Part shown: positions 1-9,465 of the stretch, one piece after another
Layout: every line of letters begins with the position of its first letter
Position numbering within the stretch: the stretch's first letter is position 1
NCBI GenBank assembly: GCA_002773415.1
Contig: PFBD01000020.1
Coordinates: forward strand, 25,667-89,666
DNA: 64,000 nucleotides
Direction of reading: 5' to 3'
DNA from: Candidatus Harrisonbacteria bacterium CG10_big_fil_rev_8_21_14_0_10_49_15
GTDB lineage: Bacteria; Patescibacteriota; Minisyncoccia; UBA6257; 1-14-0-10-44-23
The notes under the pieces: generated by a model
The model's database searches: none
The model's input: the letters and a program-made list of their open reading frames with translations, nothing else
What the model was told of the DNA's origin: nothing
Made by a program: the position numbers and the translations under genes

Positions 1-25
1 AAAGGGTGATGACTATGTCACTGTC

Positions 26-2182
26 TTGGCACCGGTAGTGCGCGGACGGAAAGGGGAGTATTTTCAACTTTTACAGGATTTGTTTAGAGAGGGCTTTAGT
101 GAGGCGCGGATAGACGGGGAGGTTGTGTCACTGCGCGACAAAGTGGAGTTGAAGCGGTACGGCATGCATGACATTGAGGTGGTTGTGGATAAGGTGTTGC
201 TGCGGGATATCGGCAAGAGTAAGGAAAATATGACCCGGTTGACTGAGGCGGTGGAGACAGCTCTTCATAAGGGCGGCGGGTTGCTGACGGTTATTTTCGG
301 TGATGCGAAGAAGCCCCGCGTCGCTCCTAAAGGAGCTATGCGGGACAATGAGCTGATGTTATCAGCTCATTGGACTTGTCCGCGAGATAGCTTTTCTTTT
401 CCAGAGATAGAGCCGAGGCTGTTTTCGTTTAACAGTCCGTATGGAGCGTGTGAAGAGTGTCATGGTATTGGCCGAGATATGGTGACTTCAACGCCGTGCC
501 CGGCTTGTAATGGTAAGCGGCTGAAGCCGGAGGTGCTTTCTATTAAAATTGAAGGGAAAAATATTGATGAGATAGTGGCGATGGCCATTGATAAGGCGTA
601 TGAGTTTTTTGGTACTTTGGAAAACCACTTAACCGAGAATGAGAATAAAATAGCGCGGAATGTTTTGAAAGAGCTGGTGGACAGGTTGGAGTTTTTGATG
701 CAAGTCGGACTTGATTATCTTTCTCTAAATAGAGAGAGTGGTACGCTTTCGGGCGGGGAGAGCCAGCGGATAAGGTTGGCTAGCCAGATTGGGTCAAAGC
801 TGTCGGGGACGCTGTATGTGCTGGACGAGCCGACAATTGGTTTGCACGAGCGGGATAACGAGCGGTTGATCGCTATTTTGAAAGAGTTGCGGGCACTTGG
901 AAATACGCTTATTGTGGTGGAGCATGACGAGCGAGTTATTAAAGAGTCAGACTTTTTTGTAGAGATAGGCCCCGGCCCGGGGAGGCATGGCGGCGAGATC
1001 GTGATTGCGGGAGCGACTTCCTCCTTTCTTAAAGGAGGTGGCGCGGAGCGCCGGAGGACTTCTAAAATCCCTCTCGCCTCCGGCGGACTCCCTTTAAAAA
1101 AGGGAGAATCCCTAACTCTCAAATATCTAAATGGAGAGCTTGAGATCGAGGTGCCGGAGAAGCGAAGGAATAAGGATAAGGGAGTGTTAAAAATTGTTGG
1201 CGCAACCAAACACAATGTCAAAAACCTGGATGTGAATGTTCCGCTGAACAGACTTGTTTGTGTGACCGGGGTAAGTGGTAGTGGGAAGAGCACACTGGTG
1301 CATTTGATCTATAAAAATCTGCAGAGAAAATTGCACGGCTTTGAAAGCCGGATAAAGGGGGTGAGCAAGATAATGGGGACAGAGTATGTTCGCAAGGTTA
1401 TTGAGATAAATCAGTCGCCTATCGGGCGGACACCAAGGTCAAACCCGGCGACGTATACCGGGGTGTTCACTCCTATCAGGGATCTGTTCGCGCTCACGGC
1501 AGACGCGCGAGAGCGGGGTTATAAACCAAGCCGGTTCAGTTTTAACGTGCCAACGGCTAAGGGTGGCGGCCGATGCGAGGAGTGTCAGGGAGCGGGATTT
1601 AAGGTGATTGAGATGCACTTTTTGCCGGATGTGCTAGTGAAGTGTGATATTTGCAATGGAAAGCGATTTAATAGAGAGACGTTAGAGGTGAAGCACAAGG
1701 GGAAGAGTATTGCAGATGTATTGGAGATGACGGTAGAGGAGGCGTTTGATCTTTTTGAGGATGTGTACACCATTTCGGATAAGCTGCGGGTGTTGCGGGA
1801 TGTGGGCTTGGAGTACATCAAGTTGGGCCAGGCGGCAACCACTCTATCGGGCGGAGAGGCGCAGCGAATAAAGCTATCTAAGGAGTTGGCGCGGCCGATG
1901 GCGCGCAACGACTTGTTTATTTTAGACGAGCCGACAACGGGTTTGCATTATCAGGACGTGAAGATGCTTTTGGCGGTTTTGGAAAGATTAATAGACAAGG
2001 GGAATACTGTTTTGCTGATAGAGCACAACATGCACGTTATTAAAACGGCGGATTACTTAATAGACATGGGGCCGGAAGCCGGGGATGGCGGCGGAAAGTT
2101 GCTGGTCGCCGGTACACCAGAGGAGGTGGCGCGGCATCCAAAGTCGCACACGGGAAGGTATTTGAAGGAGTATCTAAGTTAA
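26..2182 (+). CDS. uvrA: Excinuclease ABC subunit A (5' end outside window)
   Basis: LSGGESQRIRLA, GVSGSGKST, PIGRTPRSNPATY and CxxC zinc fingers; carries two short in-frame palindromic insertions. Confidence 0.97.
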   Translation: MAPVVRGRKGEYFQLLQDLFREGFSEARIDGEVVSLRDKVELKRYGMHDIEVVVDKVLLRDIGKSKENMTRLTEAVETALHKGGGLLTVIFGDAKKPRVAPKGAMRDNELMLSAHWTCPRDSFSFPEIEPRLFSFNSPYGACEECHGIGRDMVTSTPCPACNGKRLKPEVLSIKIEGKNIDEIVAMAIDKAYEFFGTLENHLTENENKIARNVLKELVDRLEFLMQVGLDYLSLNRESGTLSGGESQRIRLASQIGSKLSGTLYVLDEPTIGLHERDNERLIAILKELRALGNTLIVVEHDERVIKESDFFVEIGPGPGRHGGEIVIAGATSSFLKGGGAERRRTSKIPLASGGLPLKKGESLTLKYLNGELEIEVPEKRRNKDKGVLKIVGATKHNVKNLDVNVPLNRLVCVTGVSGSGKSTLVHLIYKNLQRKLHGFESRIKGVSKIMGTEYVRKVIEINQSPIGRTPRSNPATYTGVFTPIRDLFALTADARERGYKPSRFSFNVPTAKGGGRCEECQGAGFKVIEMHFLPDVLVKCDICNGKRFNRETLEVKHKGKSIADVLEMTVEEAFDLFEDVYTISDKLRVLRDVGLEYIKLGQAATTLSGGEAQRIKLSKELARPMARNDLFILDEPTTGLHYQDVKMLLAVLERLIDKGNTVLLIEHNMHVIKTADYLIDMGPEAGDGGGKLLVAGTPEEVARHPKSHTGRYLKEYLS
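1017..1108. repeat. ~90-bp REP-like doublet (family A), in frame in uvrA
   Basis: ttcctcctttcttaaaggaggtggc...ggactccctttaaaaaagggagaa; homologous copies at 2596, 11410 and 14150. Confidence 0.9.
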
Positions 2183-2202
2183 TTTCCAATTTCCAATTTT
2201 CA

Positions 2203-3573
2203 ATGAGAACGGTATTGGAAAAACTAAAAAAGGTGGCGAAGGGGTTCCCGGATAAGCCAGGGGTCTATTTTTGGCGGGACGCGAAAGGCAAGCCGTTGTA
2301 CATTGGCCGGGCGGGGAGTTTGAAAAAGAGGGTGGCGAGTTATTTTATCGCGAAAGATGCTCGGATTGCGGAGATGGTGTCGCAGGCGCGGAAGTTAGAC
2401 TATCAGCAGACGGAGACCTTGTTGGAGGCTGTTATCTTGGAAGCGAATCTTATTAAGAAGCACTGGCCGAAGTACAATGTGCGGGAAAAGGATGATAAGA
2501 GTTTCATCTATCTCGTTATTACTAAAGATCCTTCGACAAGCTCAGGACAGGGAGAATTTCCGCGCCTAGTCATTGTGCGCGGGCGGGAGCTGGAGAAATC
2601 CCTCCCGGCTATGCCGGACTCCCTTTGTAAAAGGGAGAATTATTCCTCCTTTATTAAAGGAGGTGGCCGGAGGCCGGAGGATTTTTTGGCGGTGTTTGGT
2701 CCGTATCAAAGCTATCGGATGTTACGAAAGGTGTTAGAGATCGTGCGGAAGATATTTCCGTTCGCGACGTGCAAGCCGGGAGTAGGTAGGGCGTGTTTTC
2801 ATTATCAGATTGGGCTGTGTCCGGGCGTGTGTATCGGGGCTGCGGATAAAAAAGAGTATCAAAAGACAATAAAAAACTTAATCCTGTTTTTCCGGGGCGA
2901 TAAGAAACGGTTGCTGGCGAAGTTGAAAAAAGAGAATGTTGAGGCAGTGGTCGCGCTGAAGCATATTAACGATGTGGCACTGCTTGCGGAGTCGGATTCT
3001 TTTGTGCGTGGTTCGACTGCGCTTACCACAAGGCGGATTGAGGGCTATGACATTAGCCATTCGGCCGGGAAGGAGGCAGTGGGGGCGATGGTTGTTTTTG
3101 AGAATGGGGAGGCGGATACGTCTCAATATCGGCTATTTAAGATAAGGGGCGATATTGAGGAGGTAAGAGGTAAGAGCAAAGAGGTAAGAAGGGGGTATAC
3201 GCAGGACGATATCGCGATGTTGAAGGAGGTGGTGAGTCGGAGACTAAAGCATACCGAGTGGCCGGCGCCGGATATTGTGTTTGTGGATGGGGGAGCGAAT
3301 CAGGTGCGGGCGGTGGTGGCAGTGCTGAAACAGGCAAATGTGTATGTGCCGGTTGTGGGTTTATCAAAAGGCGGCAAGCACGCCGGAAGTGCATATGCGA
3401 CGGATAAGCTAGTAATTGCTAATGCTAAGCCGGTTGGTAGAGAACTGCTGGCCGGTTCGAAGAAGTTGTTTCAAGAAGTGCGGAACGAGGCGCATCGGTT
3501 TGCGATTAGTTTTCATAGAAAACGAACACGGATAAACACGGATAGGAAACGGATGAGCACGGATAAAAAATAG
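2203..3573 (+). CDS. uvrC: Excinuclease ABC subunit C (short, no C-terminal HhH domain)
   Basis: GIY-YIG N-terminus (PGVY..LYIG), RIEGYDISH, VDGG, RNEAHRFA. Confidence 0.93.
   Translation: MRTVLEKLKKVAKGFPDKPGVYFWRDAKGKPLYIGRAGSLKKRVASYFIAKDARIAEMVSQARKLDYQQTETLLEAVILEANLIKKHWPKYNVREKDDKSFIYLVITKDPSTSSGQGEFPRLVIVRGRELEKSLPAMPDSLCKRENYSSFIKGGGRRPEDFLAVFGPYQSYRMLRKVLEIVRKIFPFATCKPGVGRACFHYQIGLCPGVCIGAADKKEYQKTIKNLILFFRGDKKRLLAKLKKENVEAVVALKHINDVALLAESDSFVRGSTALTTRRIEGYDISHSAGKEAVGAMVVFENGEADTSQYRLFKIRGDIEEVRGKSKEVRRGYTQDDIAMLKEVVSRRLKHTEWPAPDIVFVDGGANQVRAVVAVLKQANVYVPVVGLSKGGKHAGSAYATDKLVIANAKPVGRELLAGSKKLFQEVRNEAHRFAISFHRKRTRINTDRKRMSTDKK
2596..2686. repeat. Family A REP-like doublet, in frame in uvrC
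   Basis: aaatccctcccggctatgccggactccctttgtaaaagggagaat-tattcctcctttattaaaggaggtggccggaggccggaggatttt. Confidence 0.9.
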
Positions 3574-3609
3574 CCCGAGCGCGAGGAGTGGTTACCTGCG
3601 CTCGGGCTG
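3571..3609. terminator. GC-rich hairpin between convergent transcription units
   Basis: tagcccgagcgc...gcgctcgggctg with an A-run on the left (U-tail for the minus strand). Confidence 0.6.
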
Positions 3610-3715
3610 CCAGTTGCTACTAGGCCTCTCCCAGTGTCTATGCGCTCTGTAGCGCAATCACAGGGATAGTAGCAGCTGCCCTTTGCGCCTCCGTAGGGGG
3701 CGCGGCCCGGCTTGG

Positions 3716-3859
3716 CTACCTGGCGTTGCGACGCAGCGAGCTGGAGTTGCTCACGACGCGCTTGGAATCGCTTCCGACGCCAGCGCGACCGGACTCGCTT
3801 CCGACTCCGGCGCGGCTGAACGTGTTGGCTCGGCGACTGTAGATGACTTTGTTGGTCAT
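3716..3859 (-). CDS. 47-aa Gly/Ser/Arg-rich small peptide (absent from ORF track)
   Basis: MTNKVIYSRRANTFSRAGVGSESGRAGVGSDSKRVVSNSSSLRRNAR, with AGGAG SD inside a duplicated leader. Confidence 0.6.
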   Translation of the reverse strand: MTNKVIYSRRANTFSRAGVGSESGRAGVGSDSKRVVSNSSSLRRNAR

Positions 3860-3864
3860 CTGGC

Positions 3865-4169
3865 TTCTCCTTTCTCCCAACTCCGTGGGGGTTGCGCCGT
3901 GAAAGGGAGTTCCACGGCTGTGCCTAGGTTCGTGACGTCAGCCGCGGGCTCACCCGTCCAGGGTGGTGCAGGCGCGACTGTACGTCGTCACGGCTCGGCG
4001 GAGGTTGTTGGTGTCGAGGCCGCGTCCCGAGTTGGACGAGCCACTCCGGTCGGAGTTCACGCCGCCGCTCTGGATCTTCCCGCCGTCCATGATCCCGCCC
4101 CGGGCGATGCCGTGGTCTTTGATCGGATTCACTGCTTTCTCCTTTCTCCCAACTCTGTGGGGGTTGTGC
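3865..4169 (-). repeat. 33-bp direct repeat leader containing an SD (copies 3865-3897 and 4137-4169)
   Basis: ttctcctttctcccaactc(c/t)gtgggggttg(c/t)gc, 2 mismatches. Confidence 0.9.
3950..4132 (-). CDS. 60-aa Gly/Ser-rich small peptide
   Basis: GTG start with AAAGGAG SD in the same duplicated leader as the 47-aa peptide. Confidence 0.6.
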   Translation of the reverse strand: MNPIKDHGIARGGIMDGGKIQSGGVNSDRSGSSNSGRGLDTNNLRRAVTTYSRACTTLDG

Positions 4170-4261
4170 GGCTCTGGGAGCCGCGAGTCCAGTTTTTATG
4201 ATATAGGAAAAAAGCGTAGCTGGAAAGATAGTTCCGGAATTCTACGGACGCGCTTTGCGCG

Positions 4262-4738
4262 TTAGCCTTTGATGTCTACTTCGCCGTCAACTAGCGGACT
4301 GGTCGCGACTTGGAAGCGCATGGTGACTACGGCGCCGCTGGTGTCTTGGGCTGGGGCGTCGGTGGCGGCGGAGAAGATGCCATTGCCGTCGTCAACGTGG
4401 AGCATGGCGTGGTAGGAGGCGCCGGCAGTGGTGGACATGACGATAGAGACGTTTTGGTGAATGCCCGGTTGGAGAAGCTTGCTACTTGCGACGATGTCGT
4501 CAGGGGCGCCGTTGCTATCGGCGTGGATGACAACAAATCCTGGCTGGGTGAGCTCTACTTGGTCAACCACAACCGCGACTTTACTTGGGTCTTGCAGGCC
4601 GATGGTCAGGCTGTTGGCTTCGGCAGTCGTGGCTACCTCCTCAGTTGGTGCGCCGGAGCGGGTGAACATAAATATTAAAAGAGCGACGACTACGATGGCA
4701 ACGATTATCCAGAAGACTGTTTTATTTTTATTCTCCAT
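4262..4738 (-). CDS. Membrane-anchored hypothetical protein with a small beta-sandwich domain
   Basis: N-terminal TM; PGFVVIH...AMLHVDDGNG motif. Confidence 0.8.
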   Translation of the reverse strand: MENKNKTVFWIIVAIVVVALLIFMFTRSGAPTEEVATTAEANSLTIGLQDPSKVAVVVDQVELTQPGFVVIHADSNGAPDDIVASSKLLQPGIHQNVSIVMSTTAGASYHAMLHVDDGNGIFSAATDAPAQDTSGAVVTMRFQVATSPLVDGEVDIKG

Positions 4739-4804
4739 ACATGTATTTAATTACTTATTTAAAGGTAGTATACCACTGCCCTGAGTGAAAAAGAAATGAA
4801 GAAT

Positions 4805-5743
4805 TTAGGGCTGAATGCGGAGGCGATAGGTGACTTCGCGAATATTGCGGAGCACAGAATCCTGTTCATAATCGTCGGTTATACGGATGTTTTGATTTCG
4901 GGATTTATCTTTAACGATCTCCTGGATGAGTGCTTTGAGGGTGCTGACTCGATCTAAGAGAAGTTGTTGATCTTTTGTGAGGGTGCGCTTGCTGAATACT
5001 TCTTCATAAAAATCGAGTTGGACCTCAATTTGTTTTAGGAAGACTATCTGGGCCGGGTGGTTCTCGATCGCGGTCCGACGTTCTAAAAATTTTTCTTGTA
5101 GTGCTGGTGTTCTATTCTTATTTTCTTGGAGACGGATAAGCTCTGAAAGGAGATCAATAAGTTCTTTGCAGTGCTGAGTATCAAGCCCGATCACTACAGG
5201 AACAATACCATCTAGTGATCCTCTGAAATCATCAGCCAAAGAGGCAAAGTATTTCACTCTAGTTTCGGGTTTCTCGTTTAGTATTTTGCGGAGGTTGCGC
5301 TCTATTTTTTTGGTGATTATGGTTTGATCGGCCGCGCGAGTAGCGTCAATTGCGAGCGCCATGCGTTCGAATATTTCTTCATTTGTGAATTCTGCGACCG
5401 CATCAACGCCATTTCGGATATCGTCATGTGCGGATGTGCGGACGATCTCTGTTGTAAGACCAAGCCAGGCACTTCTGCGGGTTTGATCTATGACTATTCC
5501 TTCCAGCGCTTTGCTTATCTGTTCGCTGTCTGCGATAACTTCTCTATCCTTGAATTGATGTTCAAGGTGATTGGCATCGGCTATGTCGCGTTCAATCTCT
5601 TCCGCGGGAAAGATGTCTGTAAAATCTCTTGGATCTAGTCTCGGATATTCTTTCTTTACGTATTGAGTGACAGCTTCGGCGTCCTTGAGGCGTTCGCGTT
5701 GCCTGTTTAAGCCGGGAAATTGATCTGGTTTCATATTACTCAT
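4805..5743 (-). CDS. Hypothetical protein
   Basis: 312-aa ORF with protein-like composition; SAHDDIRNGVD motif. Confidence 0.75.
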   Translation of the reverse strand: MSNMKPDQFPGLNRQRERLKDAEAVTQYVKKEYPRLDPRDFTDIFPAEEIERDIADANHLEHQFKDREVIADSEQISKALEGIVIDQTRRSAWLGLTTEIVRTSAHDDIRNGVDAVAEFTNEEIFERMALAIDATRAADQTIITKKIERNLRKILNEKPETRVKYFASLADDFRGSLDGIVPVVIGLDTQHCKELIDLLSELIRLQENKNRTPALQEKFLERRTAIENHPAQIVFLKQIEVQLDFYEEVFSKRTLTKDQQLLLDRVSTLKALIQEIVKDKSRNQNIRITDDYEQDSVLRNIREVTYRLRIQP

Positions 5744-5853
5744 TGTAGCTTTTTATATAGAAATGCAAAAGGCGCTTCCATGTCCGGCGGAAGCGCCCTT
5801 TCTGCGTGTGCTTGGCCTTAGCCAGGGGCACGAGCGGCGAGACCCCGCCTTTC

Positions 5854-6342
5854 TTATCGGGCTTTGGCGCCGCGTTTGCCAAGCTCGGAGAAGAGGTGGT
5901 GACTTATCTGAGCCCGACGCTCCTCGTTGCCCTTGCCATCCCAGTTGTAGTTGGAGAGGGTGTGATTGACGGCCTGGATGACATGGCTGTCGTGCGAGAC
6001 GTCGCTGCTTCTGAGGGCGTCTTGCTCACAGACCCAGGCCAGGAAACGAGCAGCCTGGTCGACGAGCTGGCGAGGCGAGAGGAAGGAGCCTCTTTTTGCC
6101 CAGTTGTCGTTTTTCCGCTGACCTCCCCGCTGCCGGACAAGGTACCCGATGGCGGCCTTGTAATCGTGGAAGGTATCGTCGTCGCTTGGCCCGAAGTGTT
6201 CGGAAACGACCTCTGTGATGATCGTGTCCATCGGGTTCTGGTCACGACCACGGACGGCGTACTTATCCAGTGCTGCGCGAGCAGCGTCCTGAACCCGTTG
6301 CTCGTTGATGAGCGGCGGCGGCTTCTTTCTTCTTGCGCTCAC
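5854..6342 (-). CDS. GC-rich orphan hypothetical protein
   Basis: ORF downstream of a TTGATT-17-TATAAT promoter and upstream of a hairpin at ~5770-5800; start codon uncertain. Confidence 0.55.
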   Translation of the reverse strand: MSARRKKPPPLINEQRVQDAARAALDKYAVRGRDQNPMDTIITEVVSEHFGPSDDDTFHDYKAAIGYLVRQRGGQRKNDNWAKRGSFLSPRQLVDQAARFLAWVCEQDALRSSDVSHDSHVIQAVNHTLSNYNWDGKGNEERRAQISHHLFSELGKRGAKAR

Positions 6343-6409
6343 TTGGTTGCCCCCTGTCAAAAGACAGGAGTGTGCGCAGGTGAAGCAACCCAGTGCTACT
6401 TCTATCTAT

Positions 6410-6438
6410 ATTATAACATTTTTTTATTTGAAAATCAA
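6410..6438 (-). promoter_or_regulatory. Sigma70 promoter
   Basis: TTGATT-N17-TATAAT on the minus strand. Confidence 0.65.
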
Positions 6439-6465
6439 GGGTGGGACGTGTGGTACAATGGCGAG

Positions 6466-7347
6466 ATGGCAAAGTTAGGCAAGCCACTTCTAGGCGCGCA
6501 TGTTTCTGTGGCCGGCGGATATGAAAACGGCATTACTGCGGGTGAAGCCATGGGCGCGGAAGTTATTCAGATCTTTGGCGCGAGCCCGCGGCAGTGGGCT
6601 GTTAAAGTTTCGAGTGAAACGAAGGTCGAGGCATTTAAAAAACAGTTTGCGACTAGTTCGCTGCAGGCGCTGTATTTACACGGCGCGTATTTGGTGAATT
6701 TAGGAGCGGCTAATCCGGAGGCGTGGCAAAAATCAGTAGCGAATCTGATCGCGCACTATCAGATCGCTACTCATCTGGGCGCGGATGGACTGATCTTTCA
6801 TGTGGGCAGCCCAAACGGAGACGATAAGCAGCAGGCTATGGACAGGGCTATTAAGGGTATGAAAGAGGTGCTGAAAAAAGTAACCCGTTCGACAAGCTCA
6901 GGGCAAGCCGGCAAAAGTTGGCTGATTATGGAGAACTCGGCGAGCCATAAAAAGCTGGGGGCGACGCCGGAAGAGATGCGGTATATGTGGGATGGCGTTG
7001 GCTCGGATCGGGTTAAGGTTTGTATTGATACGGCGCATGCGTTTGAGGCGGGGCTTATCATGGAGTACGCGCCGGCCAAGATCAAAGTATTTTTAGACGA
7101 GTGGGACGCGGCAGTTGGTTTGAAAGAAATTCCGGTGCTTCACGTCAATGATTCTAAGACCGCAGCCGGGTCTAATAATGATCGGCATGAGAATATCGGC
7201 GAGGGTTTGATTGGTAAGCAGGGGTTTGCGCATTTGGCTCGGGAGAAGAGGATGGCGGGCAAGCACTGGATATTAGAGGTGCCGGGATTTGACGGGAAGG
7301 GGCCGGATAAACGGAATTTGGATATTTTAAAGCGCTGTGTATACTAA
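6466..7347 (+). CDS. nfo: Endonuclease IV (AP endonuclease)
   Basis: GAHVSVAGG, HGAYLVNL, CIDTAHAF, HVNDSK, DRHENIGEG; start placed at MAKLGK just after TGGTACAAT. Confidence 0.95.
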   Translation: MAKLGKPLLGAHVSVAGGYENGITAGEAMGAEVIQIFGASPRQWAVKVSSETKVEAFKKQFATSSLQALYLHGAYLVNLGAANPEAWQKSVANLIAHYQIATHLGADGLIFHVGSPNGDDKQQAMDRAIKGMKEVLKKVTRSTSSGQAGKSWLIMENSASHKKLGATPEEMRYMWDGVGSDRVKVCIDTAHAFEAGLIMEYAPAKIKVFLDEWDAAVGLKEIPVLHVNDSKTAAGSNNDRHENIGEGLIGKQGFAHLAREKRMAGKHWILEVPGFDGKGPDKRNLDILKRCVY

Positions 7348-7351
7348 AAGC

Positions 7352-8197
7352 ATGAATAAAAGGATTCTCTGGGTAGTGCTCATTATTATAGTAATCCTGG
7401 TTGTGGTCGGCTTTGTGTTGCCGGCTTCAGAGCGGGTGCCGGTTGAAGACCCGGCTGACGAAGAACCGCTTCTGCCGAGCGTGTCGGCAAATGGGAATAT
7501 GAAGGTGTGGTGGCCGTGGCCGGGAGTGGAGGTGATGCGCCCGCTACGCATCTTGGGCGAGGCGCGGGTATTTGAGAACGCGCTTAGTTATCGTGTTAGG
7601 AATAATTCCGGCGAAATAATTGCCGAGGGATTCACGACTGCGTCCGCGCCGGATATTGGTCAGTTTGGTCCGTTTGTCGTGAGTGTGCCATATGAGGCTC
7701 AGGCGGAACTCGCCGGTACGGTGGAGGTTTTCGCGCACAGTGCTAAAGACGGTTCAGTAATTGAGCTGGTGAGCATTCCGGTTAAACTGGCGCAAGTTGA
7801 GTCAACCGCCGTGGCCGTCTATTTTGGTAATGCAATTAGCGACCCGGAAGTGCAGGCATGTGAGCGAACTTATCCGTCCGTTCGGATAGTGCCGAAGACG
7901 ACCGCGGTGGCGCGTGAGGCGCTGGAGCAGTTGCTCTCCGGACCGACTGAAGTTGAGCAGGAGCTTGGATTTTTTACAAGTATTCAGGACACGAAAGCCG
8001 TGAAAATTCAATCCTTGACCATTAAGGACGGAGTTGCTACGGTTGATTTAAGTGCCGCCTTAAGCGCAAGTGCGGGCGGTAGTTGCCGAGTAGTCGCTGT
8101 CCGTTCACAGATCATAAATACCTTGCTACAATTTGAGACTGTAGACGAAGTAGTTATATCGGTTGAAGGCGAGACAGATGAAGTCTTACAGCCGTGA
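7352..8197 (+). CDS. Membrane-anchored Gmad2 Ig-like + GerMN domain protein
   Basis: TM; GEARVFEN..SAKDGS (Gmad2-like); ALEQLLSGPT..GGSCRV..QIINTLLQF (GerMN-like). Confidence 0.85.
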   Translation: MNKRILWVVLIIIVILVVVGFVLPASERVPVEDPADEEPLLPSVSANGNMKVWWPWPGVEVMRPLRILGEARVFENALSYRVRNNSGEIIAEGFTTASAPDIGQFGPFVVSVPYEAQAELAGTVEVFAHSAKDGSVIELVSIPVKLAQVESTAVAVYFGNAISDPEVQACERTYPSVRIVPKTTAVAREALEQLLSGPTEVEQELGFFTSIQDTKAVKIQSLTIKDGVATVDLSAALSASAGGSCRVVAVRSQIINTLLQFETVDEVVISVEGETDEVLQP

Positions 8198-8306
8198 TAG
8201 TATTCGCTAATAATGCGAATAAACTCAAGTAATAATGCTAATGGTCGCTACATAAAGAAGAGTACGTAGAAGTTTGGTAATTATTAATTCATTAATTAAA
8301 ACTATT

Positions 8307-9125
8307 ATGTTAAAGAATATTATTTTGAGTGTTGCCGCGCTTGCGATTGCTTTGCCGGTCGGTGCGCAGACGCCGCCGCCACTCCGGGTGCGAACTGAAG
8401 CGCAGGCAGAGATGCGCGCTGAGACACGTACAGATGTTCGTCCGGTTCAGATGCACGCGGGAGAAGAGGTGCGCGTACAGGTGCGCATGGAGGGCGAGGG
8501 CGAGCTTCGCGGTGAAGCTATGCGAGAGCACATGATGGAAGAGCGGGCTATGATTATGGAGAATCGTGAGGCTCGTCGGATGGAGCGCACTGAGTTGCGG
8601 GCCGAGCACCGTACAGAGTTACGAGCGCGTGTGGGGGATTTGCAAGACGAGAAGCGAGCAGAGCGCGTTTTGAAGATCGATGAGCGGTTGGCTGCAATTA
8701 ATGAGCGGATGACGACTCATTTTTCTGAGAAACTATCTAAGCTACAGGATCTAACCCTTAGGATTGCCGCTCGGGCAGATGCGGCCGAAGAGAATGGTGC
8801 TGATGTTTCGACGGTGCGCGAGGCCTTGGCAAACATTGATAAGCAGGTTGATATCGCCCAGGAAGCTGTTACTGCCCAAGTTGGCATGACCTACGAGATT
8901 ACCTTTGAGAGCAGTGACACTCTGCGGGCGGATATTCAGGCGGTTAAGGAGGAGTTGCGCTTAGAGTTGGTGGCTGTGAAAGAAGCTGTGCAGGCCGCGC
9001 AAAAGACGGTCCGAGACGCGCTGGTTGCTTTGGCCGCGGTTGTTGATGCTCGAGACGATGTAGAGGTAGAGGTGGAAGCTGAAGCAGAGGTTGAGGTCGA
9101 AGAAGAAGTGGAGTCGGAATCATAA
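8307..9125 (+). CDS. Secreted coiled-coil protein with acidic tail
   Basis: Signal peptide, E/R-rich helical body, EVEVEAE tail. Confidence 0.8.
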   Translation: MLKNIILSVAALAIALPVGAQTPPPLRVRTEAQAEMRAETRTDVRPVQMHAGEEVRVQVRMEGEGELRGEAMREHMMEERAMIMENREARRMERTELRAEHRTELRARVGDLQDEKRAERVLKIDERLAAINERMTTHFSEKLSKLQDLTLRIAARADAAEENGADVSTVREALANIDKQVDIAQEAVTAQVGMTYEITFESSDTLRADIQAVKEELRLELVAVKEAVQAAQKTVRDALVALAAVVDARDDVEVEVEAEAEVEVEEEVESES

Positions 9126-9143
9126 TCAATAATCTAATTTGCT

Positions 9144-9392
9144 ATGAATAAACAAAAAGGTTCAGCGGGAGTTGTTTGGGTCATAATCATTGTTATCGTG
9201 GTGGCGCTACTGATCTGGTGGCTCGCCGGTACAGGTCCTGCAGAAGCACCTGCAGTTGAGGAGAACGAGACGCTTTCCGAGCAGATTGAAGATCAAGAGG
9301 CAGCTGAGATTGCGGCCGAGCTCGAGGGCCTGGGCGAGGCTGACTTGGAGGCAGAGTTTTCTGATGTTGAGACAGACTTAGAGCAACTGTAA
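9144..9392 (+). CDS. Small membrane protein with pilin-like N-terminus
   Basis: KQKG followed by a hydrophobic helix, then an acidic C-terminus. Confidence 0.7.
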   Translation: MNKQKGSAGVVWVIIIVIVVALLIWWLAGTGPAEAPAVEENETLSEQIEDQEAAEIAAELEGLGEADLEAEFSDVETDLEQL

Positions 9393-9415
9393 AAAATAGT
9401 AAGTAACAATTAGTA

Positions 9416-9449
9416 GAAATCGGCTCCGACGTAGGTCGGAGCCGATTTC
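9416..9449. terminator. Hairpin terminator / REP-like palindrome
   Basis: gaaatcggctccgac-gtag-gtcggagccgatttc. Confidence 0.65.
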
Positions 9450-9465
9450 GTTGTATAATGGAATA

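Noticed and set aside
5806-6465. 513-aa ORF suggesting an N-terminally extended endonuclease IV
   Set aside because: The extension is the antisense shadow of a GC-rich minus-strand gene; a -10 box and ATG at 6466 give a normal-length Nfo.
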